A stretch of 37,938 bases of DNA, taken from positions 1 to 37,938 of the IMG/VR virus record IMGVR_UViG_3300030060_004988; one strand, given 5' to 3'. This DNA comes from a virus (lineage: Duplodnaviria > Caudoviricetes). This document shows positions 1 through 7,601 of the stretch, in pieces; position 1 is the stretch's first letter, and every line of letters starts with the position of its first letter. The notes beneath the pieces were generated by a model that saw only the letters and a list, made by a program, of their open reading frames with translations, did no database searches and was not told the DNA's origin. The translations under genes were made by a program, and so were the position numbers.

Positions 1-84
1 TAAGATCACTAGCATCACAGTTTTATCAGCTGCTTTGATTCCTCTTGCTTTTAAAACAAGGGTTTGAACTTCGAATTCATTCAT
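1..84 (-). CDS. 5' fragment of the replication initiator gene, truncated by the window edge
   Basis: Identical to 36650-36733 (MNEFEVQTLVLK...). Confidence 0.9.
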   Translation of the reverse strand, partial: MNEFEVQTLVLKARGIKAADKTVMLVIL

Positions 85-117
85 TGTACTTCTCCTTTTT
101 TACAATGGATGATTCTT

Positions 118-215
118 TTTATATATATTACTTGTTATTTTGTCAAACTGATTTATATTATTTTATAATTTTATTTGACAATGATTTTATTCTCATGTAA
201 GAAACATCATGTAAG
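118..215. promoter_or_regulatory. Divergent sigma70-type promoter region, left allele
   Basis: Back-to-back TTGACA hexamers (minus 141-146, plus 175-180). TATAAA at 17-bp spacing on the minus strand (118-123). Direct repeat TCATGTAAG at 193-201 and 207-215. Confidence 0.6.
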
Positions 216-237
216 CAAAAACATTCATGGAGGTAAC

Positions 238-456
238 ATGAGCAAATTAAAAAACAGAATCAAAGCAGCCTTAGCCAAAGAAGGATACAACCTGGCAGAT
301 TTGGCAAGACGCATGGATATTCATCAATCAAGTCTTTCAATATATTTAAGAGGCAATATGAGAATGAGCACAGCACTCAAGATCTCTTCATCACTTGCAG
401 ACATGACAGGATATCACTTAACTCTCAATGACTTCAGAAAGGATGAAGACCAATGA
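238..456 (+). CDS. Cro/XRE-family HTH regulator (Aca-like), allele A
   Basis: GGAGG RBS before ATG 238. HTH pattern LADLARRMDIHQSSLSIYLRG. Confidence 0.85.
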   Translation: MSKLKNRIKAALAKEGYNLADLARRMDIHQSSLSIYLRGNMRMSTALKISSSLADMTGYHLTLNDFRKDEDQ

Positions 457-668
457 ACTTTCACGCAGGAGATCAATTCATTGACCCCAATACTGATGAA
501 GTCTTTCACATTCAAGAGATGGAGGAGACTGTTGTTCATGCATTCAATCAACCGCCATTCAAAATCCATTCTTACTTTTTACAAGGTACTCAGGGCAATG
601 AACTTGAATTAAATCATTGTGAACTTGTGGACCTTATCAACAACGACCAACTCATTGAGGAGCTTTAA
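453..668 (+). CDS. Small acidic hypothetical protein, allele A
   Basis: ATGA overlap with the HTH gene. Frame conserved in the second copy (61/71 aa identical). Confidence 0.8.
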   Translation: MNFHAGDQFIDPNTDEVFHIQEMEETVVHAFNQPPFKIHSYFLQGTQGNELELNHCELVDLINNDQLIEEL

Positions 669-1043
669 ATGCTATACGCTATTATCTTAATCTTAATCTT
701 TGTAATTCTTTTCATGTGGGAAGAAGAACAACCAATCAAAATCAGCAAGTATTCACGAGTCATCAATCATGATGTTACATTGGCAATCTTTGAGGCCATG
801 AAGCGCATTGAAGAACGTGAAGACGAAGACATTCAATATCTTATAAACCAAGGCAAGGTCACCAAAGACATCATTGAGCAAGATGCTGATAAGATCATGT
901 TTCAGCGTGGGGAGTTCCCTGCTGAGATGACTTGCCTGGACGGTCGAGACTTTGCAAAGCTCGTCGTCGTATATCAAGAAAACGTGAGAGGAGCAAGCCA
1001 AGATCAGATCTCTTGGATGCTCAACTCAATCTTCAACTCTTAA
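669..1043 (+). CDS. Hypothetical protein with N-terminal membrane anchor
   Basis: Hydrophobic MLYAIILILIFVILFMW. Abuts the upstream stop codon. Confidence 0.8.
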   Translation: MLYAIILILIFVILFMWEEEQPIKISKYSRVINHDVTLAIFEAMKRIEEREDEDIQYLINQGKVTKDIIEQDADKIMFQRGEFPAEMTCLDGRDFAKLVVVYQENVRGASQDQISWMLNSIFNS

Positions 1044-1067
1044 TTAACATAGATAAAAGGAAAAACC

Positions 1068-1628
1068 ATGTTGAATCAAGATACTATTAACTTAATTGAA
1101 AATCTTAGTAAAAACAAGAATGACTTTGATGACAATGTCAAAGCATTCCTCACCTTTGGTCATCTCTTTGAAAACAATCCTGCTGTGACACTTGCAAACA
1201 CATATGTAGTACAGGGTAAGCCTGCTCTCAATGCTGATGCAATGGCCGGCGTTGTAAGACGTTACAAAGATCATAATGGTGAAAAGATTTGTGCATATAT
1301 TAGAATCGTTGAAATCAATGAATCAACTTGCACAGTGGCAACAAAAAGAAGAGATGAACTAGAATTTGATCTTGAGCATACTTGGACTTATACAATTGAA
1401 GATGCTGCAAAAAGAAACTCATTGAAGCAAAAGCAATGGCGTGAAATGCCTAAGAACATGCTGCACAAGAGATGTCTGACTGCATTGTTAAGAGCTGTAT
1501 ATCCCGAAATCATTGGACAGTCTTATAGTCCTGATGAACTTGCTGAATGTATGATCAAAGATGAGAAGTTAAGAAATGAAATAATCTATGCATCAACTGA
1601 AGGAACTCGACCACCTCAAGAGGTTTAA
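1068..1628 (+). CDS. RecT-like single-strand annealing recombinase
   Basis: Motifs YVVQGKPALNADAM, YTIEDAAK and W..MPKNML.KR....LLR.VYPE resemble phage RecT-like proteins. AAGGA RBS. Confidence 0.7.
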   Translation: MLNQDTINLIENLSKNKNDFDDNVKAFLTFGHLFENNPAVTLANTYVVQGKPALNADAMAGVVRRYKDHNGEKICAYIRIVEINESTCTVATKRRDELEFDLEHTWTYTIEDAAKRNSLKQKQWREMPKNMLHKRCLTALLRAVYPEIIGQSYSPDELAECMIKDEKLRNEIIYASTEGTRPPQEV

Positions 1629-1634
1629 TCCTCG

Positions 1635-1662
1635 TTTACATTCTTTACGTAAACCTTGTAAA
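1635..1662. promoter_or_regulatory. 28-bp interrupted palindrome, possible operator
   Basis: TTTACA-ttc-TTTACGTAAA-cct-TGTAAA in the intergenic gap. Confidence 0.45.
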
Positions 1663-1727
1663 TCAATCACTTGCAAAATCTCCCAAATGGGAGCGAGTGT
1701 TTATTGTTAATAAGTTAGAGAATAATT

Positions 1728-2366
1728 ATGGGCAAAAGAAAATACTACAAAAAAAGTCAGATCATTGAATATTGGTTTAGCGATAAAGGGTTTGAACGAA
1801 TGTTTAAATGTCATAAAGATTTAGCATGCAGATTAGAGTATGATATACCTCATTGCTTTGCTTGCCAAAGAACAATGATTGATCTTGATAATAAACAGAA
1901 GTATGGAAATTTAAAAAACACTTCTGAAAATTGGGATATAGAATCAAACCTTGAAAAGTGTCACATCATACCACTGGCTCTCGGTGGAGATGATCACCCT
2001 TGCAACTTAGTTTTGTTATGTAAAGAATGCCATAAGTTAAACCCAAACACAGATGACGAGGATTTGTATTGGTTATGGATGAAAGGAGTAGAGGACTCTT
2101 ATTCTGCTGACGTAAAGAATTTTAAACAAGCTTTTAAAAACTTCAAAATTGATGGTGACTATTACATGATTTACCATGTAGAGATTCAAAAAATTATCCA
2201 CACAATATTACAAGATGAAAGTCAATTTTTAGTGGTTCCAAATGCCGGCAGATCATCAATGTTTGGAGCATCTCCCAACTTCACTCCTCTACTTTCTGTT
2301 ACAGCTAAAGCAATCAAAAAGCACAAAGAGCTTCAATCATCAAGTGGTCAGCTTTCATTATTTTAA
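1728..2366 (+). CDS. HNH endonuclease
   Basis: CFAC...LEKCHIIPLALGGDDHPCNLVLLCKECH zinc/HNH motif. Confidence 0.9.
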   Translation: MGKRKYYKKSQIIEYWFSDKGFERMFKCHKDLACRLEYDIPHCFACQRTMIDLDNKQKYGNLKNTSENWDIESNLEKCHIIPLALGGDDHPCNLVLLCKECHKLNPNTDDEDLYWLWMKGVEDSYSADVKNFKQAFKNFKIDGDYYMIYHVEIQKIIHTILQDESQFLVVPNAGRSSMFGASPNFTPLLSVTAKAIKKHKELQSSSGQLSLF

Positions 2367-2418
2367 TTTACATACACATATTATTCTGTTAAGAATTATT
2401 GTGTTAATATTCATACAT

Positions 2419-2471
2419 AAGAGAGGGTTGCTTCATATGGTCTTGCAGGACCGAAGCAGCTCTTTTTTTTT
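2419..2471 (+). terminator. Intrinsic terminator, probably bidirectional, between convergent HNH and nrdJ
   Basis: Stem GAGGGTTGCTTC/GAAGCAGCTCTT with inner hairpin GGTCT-TGCA-GGACC, followed by a long T run. Confidence 0.75.
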
Positions 2472-2474
2472 GGG

Positions 2475-4484
2475 TTAAAAACTTAAAGTACATTCCCCAC
2501 CCGAGCAAGCAGGATCAAGAACAGGATTCTCACCTTCCCCCTCGACAAATAAGTTGACCCCCTCCCAATCAATTGAAGCAAGATCATTCCAAGTCTTTTC
2601 TGAGTCATGGCCATCAACGACAGTTTGATAAGGTGCCATATCATATAAATGATCAGCGACGTATCCGAGCAGTGCCACCCCTCTCAATGACTCTCGATGA
2701 TCCCAAATGAATGAAGCAACATCATTCCACTCATCTTCTTTCACTGTACAAGTATTACTTACATTATGGGTCAAGCCTTCAACTCTTGTCTTTGTGCTGC
2801 CAGGAAGAACCCAATTCTCATAAACTGTCTTAACTCTTTGAAGGTGAGTCATTGCATTTGATGATTCTCGAGTGATGCTTTCCTTGGGTGCTTCACATGC
2901 AAATGAAATGATTCCAGTGTTCTCATCATGATCATGACAGGCTTGAGGAACCTTGCTTATCAGTTCATCCCATATTGGATTGACCTTTGAGATTCTCATA
3001 CGTCGGATATATTTCTTTGCATGATGTGGATGGATGCCAGAAGAGATGCCTCCTGCAATCGTTGACGTATTACCACTTGGCTTCACACATGTTGTTCTTG
3101 ATGCTGAGTTGATCCCAAGGATCTTTGCAACCCGTTGATTCTCTTTGTTGATGATGTGCGCTCCTGCTCGTAATAATGCTGGATGAAATGAGATGTCATT
3201 CTCACACATGCCTGTCATGCTCACACCAATGAGAGCTTCACGCCTCAAGATCTTTTGAGTGATGTGCCCAAGATAACCCGAGCGAGTATAAGCCGCTTGA
3301 AGAGTTCCAATGAAGGAAGCAACTTGGCAGGCCTCAAAGAATTCTTTTGCTGACTTGTTCTTTGCCATGTTGATCTCTGTGAGGTTGCATGATTGCCAGC
3401 CGCTAAAATATGAATATCCTTTTTTGATGTATGTTTCTTTGTTCTCCAACATGTCAAGCGTTACATGGTCAATCACATCACCATATTGATCACGAATGAG
3501 CAGACCGAGCAGGCCAATCTCAGCACATGGGTTTGTCCCATGTTCATCACTCTTAAAGAAGGCCACACCAGGTTCACCCCATTGTTTTGAAGCATCGACA
3601 ATTTCATTGACAGTTGACTGTTGCTCATTACCATCGAGCTTGATACCTGCTGATATATTTGCATATGCTCTTTCTGGGTGATCCTTCCACCAGTCCCCCT
3701 TCTTTGATTCAATCATCTCCTCATCATCCTCATCAAAGATCGCAATGGATGCAGATCTTCTCACGCCACCGGACAACACGGCCTCACTCAAGTACATGAC
3801 TATATCAAAGCAATCAATTGGGTGGAACTTCTCATCTCTTACAGTCATGTCTCTTAATCGAGAGCGAATCTTTTCAAGTGCAATCTTCAAAGGTTTGTAT
3901 CCTGGCGCTCGACCTCCCGAGGATATTGGCGCTCCTTTTCTTCGAATCAATGAATAATTAAAATCAATCTCTTTGTCATGCTCGAGATCATAATATGAAT
4001 CGAGGCAATATGATTCAATCAACATTAAAGCGGCATTTGCCCACCCTTCAATTGAGTCAGAGATAAAGCACTTCTTGACAGGTCGTGTTCTCCAATGTTG
4101 CTCAGATATCAAACGAGGTAACTTTGAAACATGTTGGCGACGTATTGAGAAGCCAGTACCACAACCCGAAAGGAGGAGCCAAAAGGCTTCAGCAAAGAAT
4201 CTGATTCTATCACATGGGGAGAACGTGCAATTGAACATCCTCATATTATTGCGCTCAATAGCTCTGCCACCAAATTGAGTTGACCTCTGACTTGCAAAGA
4301 CTCTCTTCTCACGTACAAAATCAAAAGCTTTTCGAATCTCTGTTTCAAGATTTAAGTCTTTGAACTTCTTTTGATGCATTGACTCAACGCGATTCACAGC
4401 ATCAATCCATGACTCACGACCCCCTTCAACCGGCTTTGCGTATTGTGCTGCAAAGCTCACCTCTCCCAAAATCTTATTCTGCAT
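2475..4484 (-). CDS. nrdJ: Class II (adenosylcobalamin-dependent) ribonucleotide reductase, monomeric RTPR type
   Basis: FNC, GGVRRSA, TNPCAEI, CNLTEIN, TTCVKPSGNTS and C-terminal CSGGEC. No small-subunit gene in the window. Confidence 0.92.
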   Translation of the reverse strand: MQNKILGEVSFAAQYAKPVEGGRESWIDAVNRVESMHQKKFKDLNLETEIRKAFDFVREKRVFASQRSTQFGGRAIERNNMRMFNCTFSPCDRIRFFAEAFWLLLSGCGTGFSIRRQHVSKLPRLISEQHWRTRPVKKCFISDSIEGWANAALMLIESYCLDSYYDLEHDKEIDFNYSLIRRKGAPISSGGRAPGYKPLKIALEKIRSRLRDMTVRDEKFHPIDCFDIVMYLSEAVLSGGVRRSASIAIFDEDDEEMIESKKGDWWKDHPERAYANISAGIKLDGNEQQSTVNEIVDASKQWGEPGVAFFKSDEHGTNPCAEIGLLGLLIRDQYGDVIDHVTLDMLENKETYIKKGYSYFSGWQSCNLTEINMAKNKSAKEFFEACQVASFIGTLQAAYTRSGYLGHITQKILRREALIGVSMTGMCENDISFHPALLRAGAHIINKENQRVAKILGINSASRTTCVKPSGNTSTIAGGISSGIHPHHAKKYIRRMRISKVNPIWDELISKVPQACHDHDENTGIISFACEAPKESITRESSNAMTHLQRVKTVYENWVLPGSTKTRVEGLTHNVSNTCTVKEDEWNDVASFIWDHRESLRGVALLGYVADHLYDMAPYQTVVDGHDSEKTWNDLASIDWEGVNLFVEGEGENPVLDPACSGGECTLSF

Positions 4485-4544
4485 TTGTCTTCCTTTTCAC
4501 AATTGATGAACAATTAATTTATGAAAAGAATCCTGATGATGCAA

Positions 4545-4799
4545 TTAGTCTTTTAATAAGTTTTTTACTGATGTATCAATCCTTGTAAGTGTTACTTGTA
4601 TATTATCTAATTTTTTTTCAATTGTTTGAAATCTGTTTTCATTCACTTTTGATTGCTCTTCAAGAGTGACAACCTTTTGTTTTAATTGCCCAAGGTCTTC
4701 GGCTGACTTAAGCTTCTCTTTTAAAAATGAGAGGTATGCAAACACCACTCCAGCGATTGAAACAAATGAAGCAAGTGCATTGATTGAGCTAATATCCAT
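4545..4799 (-). CDS. Small membrane protein, one TM helix plus coiled coil (holin/XhlA-like architecture)
   Basis: Likely start at ATG 4799 (MDISS) after AAGGA. Hydrophobic ALASFVSIAGVVFAYLSFL followed by a heptad-rich tail. Confidence 0.65.
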   Translation of the reverse strand: MDISSINALASFVSIAGVVFAYLSFLKEKLKSAEDLGQLKQKVVTLEEQSKVNENRFQTIEKKLDNIQVTLTRIDTSVKNLLKD

Positions 4800-4822
4800 A
4801 ATTAAATTCCTTGGAGAAACCA

Positions 4823-5155
4823 ATGATCTATGAAAAAATAATATCACTTATATCAGATAAAATCATCATCTCAATTATTTTATTGATAAGTTCCCTTTCA
4901 TATATATCTTATCAAGCTGGTCTTGAAGCTGGATTTATTCCTAAAGAAAAACTTTGTGCTGATGAAATAACTTGGCTCGATCAATGCCATAAAGATTTGA
5001 TTGAGATGCAAAAAGACAATCTTGAAGCTGTCACACAATGCAAAGCATCTTGTCACCTTGATGTCTGCAAACCGATATGTACAAAGCAAGTCAGCGAAGC
5101 AATTGAGAGCTATAAAAAGTTAATGCATGAATTCAAATGTGGAGGTTCAAAATGA
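4823..5155 (+). CDS. Cys-rich protein with N-terminal TM helix (spanin-like candidate)
   Basis: GGAG RBS before ATG 4823. TM IIISIILLISSLSYISY. Seven Cys in a helical C-terminal part. Confidence 0.65.
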   Translation: MIYEKIISLISDKIIISIILLISSLSYISYQAGLEAGFIPKEKLCADEITWLDQCHKDLIEMQKDNLEAVTQCKASCHLDVCKPICTKQVSEAIESYKKLMHEFKCGGSK

Positions 5156-5580
5156 TTCACTTATTGCTTACACCAATTTTGTTATTCTCTTCAATCCTCA
5201 CTGAGATTACTTTGAATGAGAATCATCGAATCAAAGGGATTGTCGTTACTGCCAATACTCAAGTAAATCGTGATCTCATGGCTGTGACACCTGGCGATTG
5301 GATATTGATGAAGGGGCTTATCGAGTCGAATGATGGAGAGTGCAAAGCAATCATCAATGATGGTATTGCAATTTGCAAGCATCAACTTGATGTATGCCAT
5401 GATACATGCGGCAGTGTTCCCGACTATCAAAAGACTTTGATTAAAACATTACAATTGGAACTTCAAGACAAACGACAAGATCTCAAGATTGTAAAGTATA
5501 AATCAAAAGCATGGAAATATGTTGCCATTGGTTTGGGATCGGTTGCCATTGGTGCAACAACATACAGCATTATCAAATAA
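5152..5580 (+). CDS. Cys-rich protein with signal-like N-terminus, coiled coil and C-terminal TM helix (spanin-like candidate)
   Basis: GGAGG RBS and ATGA overlap. C-terminal WKYVAIGLGSVAIGATTYSIIK. Confidence 0.65.
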   Translation: MIHLLLTPILLFSSILTEITLNENHRIKGIVVTANTQVNRDLMAVTPGDWILMKGLIESNDGECKAIINDGIAICKHQLDVCHDTCGSVPDYQKTLIKTLQLELQDKRQDLKIVKYKSKAWKYVAIGLGSVAIGATTYSIIK

Positions 5581-5607
5581 AAAAACCCCAAGCACTCGCT
5601 TGAGGTT
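5578..5607 (-). terminator. Intrinsic terminator closing the minus-strand late operon
   Basis: Minus strand reads AACCTCAAGC-GAGT-GCTTGGGGTT followed by a T run. Confidence 0.8.
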
Positions 5608-5662
5608 CGGATGTCGTGACCCACTCCCCAGTGGACATAACAATATTATAACACTTGAGGAA

Positions 5663-5947
5663 TCACTTGTCTTTAGCTTCAAGCTTTGCAACCTTCAGCT
5701 TTAATTCATTTAAGTCTCGCCATATCTCAATCCGTCCACCCTTGCAAGCCTCATAGTTTGTCTGAATTCTTGCGTTCATACCTTCATCAATCTTTGTGAT
5801 CTTCTCTTCTTGCACGCTGTTTAATTGTGCTGAAGTTGAGAGGTCTTGATTGATCTTACTCAGAATGCTGCTCATGTACCAAATTACACCGATAATCGTA
5901 CCGAGCAATCCAAGTATTTGAAATAAAGTATCTGAGTCTATTGTCAT
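5663..5947 (-). CDS. Small membrane protein, one TM helix plus coiled coil
   Basis: TM LFQILGLLGTIIGVIWYM. Last gene of a tightly coupled operon. Confidence 0.75.
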   Translation of the reverse strand: MTIDSDTLFQILGLLGTIIGVIWYMSSILSKINQDLSTSAQLNSVQEEKITKIDEGMNARIQTNYEACKGGRIEIWRDLNELKLKVAKLEAKDK

Positions 5948-6301
5948 TTATCTGATCACAATCGTTACGAGTTCACCGGCTTGACGTTGAGCCGCATTGA
6001 TAAAATTAGGACAGATGATGCCTGCATGATTCGCACCGTTATCAACAAAGACCGCGCCATTCTCAACATTCATCTCACCCCCTTCATCAGGAATTAATCG
6101 GCTTGATTTTGCTTCGATTTGTCCTTGCATTTGCATTTGAACAAAATAGTAAGTTTCATCTTCTGATAATTGTGCTTGATCTCTTGCCACTCCCAAAGGC
6201 GTGGAAAGGGAGTTGGCTTTGGTCCACAATTGAGACGAACTATCATATGATAATACGTCTCCTTTGACAATGTCTTGATTTGTTTTAACTGATATCCACA
6301 T
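5948..6301 (-). CDS. Structural protein with a DUF2190/capsid-cement-like pattern
   Basis: IVKGDVL...PLGVARDQA...G...AGELVTIVI resembles the cement protein at 25142-25528. Confidence 0.5.
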   Translation of the reverse strand: MWISVKTNQDIVKGDVLSYDSSSQLWTKANSLSTPLGVARDQAQLSEDETYYFVQMQMQGQIEAKSSRLIPDEGGEMNVENGAVFVDNGANHAGIICPNFINAAQRQAGELVTIVIR

Positions 6302-6316
6302 TTAAAAATCCTTTGT

Positions 6317-6964
6317 TTATCCTAATTTAATGATAGTCATTCCGGTCATCCATTGTTCTTTTTGTCCTGGAATTTTAATTGAACCGCTTTTTGCAGTAAC
6401 TACAATCCTAAAAACATCATTTGTTGTTGCTGTCATTATTGCAACTACTAGTCCTCCATAAAAATTATTATTATTTTGAACATAAGTCTTTGCCCCTGTA
6501 TTTCCAGAATTGTTTTCCCATTGCCAGGTTACATTTGTTCCTGTATGACAGTGAGTCCCTGCAATGCATAAATATGTGCCAGCTGTAGGAACGTCTATTG
6601 ATTCATTCCATACGCTAGTTGAAACAGCTGTATTTGTAGAAGTTGCATTATTGAAAATATTTGTACTTCCAGTTGATGAGTATAACCTGGCTGAATTCGT
6701 GTTTTTTCTAATACAGTTGTAATCATTAATAGCAAAATAATAACTTCCAGCCCCATAGCCACCACTATATTGAAATATTCCAGCATGCAACTCAACGCCT
6801 GTATCAGTTGATCCAGTAGCAACAAAAGATGAGCCGTTATAACCGAGCATATCACCGCTAGAAACACTTGTTGTATCAACGTCACTCAAGTCATTTAAGG
6901 AAATATTAATTTCACTTGATGAGCTTGGTTCTTGATTGCCGACTTTTATTTTATTATGACTCAT
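6317..6964 (-). CDS. Short fibre / receptor-binding protein, paralog 2
   Basis: LNDLSDV...SGDMLGYNGSSF fibre motif. Beta-rich C-terminal domain (VPTAGTY). Confidence 0.7.
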   Translation of the reverse strand: MSHNKIKVGNQEPSSSSEINISLNDLSDVDTTSVSSGDMLGYNGSSFVATGSTDTGVELHAGIFQYSGGYGAGSYYFAINDYNCIRKNTNSARLYSSTGSTNIFNNATSTNTAVSTSVWNESIDVPTAGTYLCIAGTHCHTGTNVTWQWENNSGNTGAKTYVQNNNNFYGGLVVAIMTATTNDVFRIVVTAKSGSIKIPGQKEQWMTGMTIIKLG

Positions 6965-6968
6965 AATT

Positions 6969-7601
6969 TTAAACCTTCATAATGAATAAAAATGAATGCT
7001 CACTTGGAACCGTCCCTTGATTTGCAACACTGTCAACATTGTTGGATTGACCAAATCTAATTTTAAAAGTTTCACTAGAAGCTAGATTCATGTAACTCTG
7101 TAAAGTCGATGCAACACCTGATGCATAAGAGGTTGAATTATCACCGATCAAAGCACTGTTTGAAATCTCATCATTATTGGAGGTCTTAGCTAAATTAAAC
7201 AATAAATACCCACTAGCAGAAAAAACAACACGGGTTTGACACTGAACAAAATATTGACCTGCAGGTAAAGTGATTTCCCTTATCCAATTGCTTGTTTTTG
7301 TTAACGAAGCACCAGCAATATTTTCTATGGGACTAGTATCATATATTTGCAGAGAGTCCCCTTGTGCCAAACCTGTGGCAGTGCTGCTTGAATAAGGTTC
7401 ACTTTCTCCTTGTCCTACTAAAATATACTGAGGACTGCCAGCTGGCGCAGCTCCAGTGTCCCAAGATGAACCATTGTATTTGATTACTTCACCACTTGAA
7501 ACTCCACTTGTTGAGACATCACTGAGGTTATCAATAGCAACTGAAATCTCACCGCTTGCATTGGGTTCTTGACCTGCAACTTTGATTTTATTATGACTCA
7601 T
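6969..7601 (-). CDS. Short fibre / receptor-binding protein, paralog 1
   Basis: Start MSHNK at 7601 (ATGA overlap). Same N-terminal module as 6317-6964. Beta-rich C-terminal domain (LPAGQY). Confidence 0.7.
   Translation of the reverse strand: MSHNKIKVAGQEPNASGEISVAIDNLSDVSTSGVSSGEVIKYNGSSWDTGAAPAGSPQYILVGQGESEPYSSSTATGLAQGDSLQIYDTSPIENIAGASLTKTSNWIREITLPAGQYFVQCQTRVVFSASGYLLFNLAKTSNNDEISNSALIGDNSTSYASGVASTLQSYMNLASSETFKIRFGQSNNVDSVANQGTVPSEHSFLFIMKV

Larger units (their letters stand above)
1..812. repeat. Left copy of an imperfect terminal redundancy (counterpart 36650-37938)
   Basis: Bases 1-87 are identical to 36650-36736. Genes at 238, 453 and 669 recur at 37361, 37579 and 37795 with substitutions. 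Confidence 0.95.

Noticed and set aside
175-237. N-terminal extension of the HTH ORF from TTG 175
   Set aside because: That TTG is part of a -35 box. The RBS and the second allele support ATG 238.
1635-1662. dif/Xer recombination site
   Set aside because: The length matches, but the sequence lacks the XerD arm (TTATGTTAAAT) and the 11-6-11 layout.
2242-2478. 78-aa plus-strand ORF after the HNH gene
   Set aside because: It overlaps the HNH gene out of frame and runs through the terminator hairpin.
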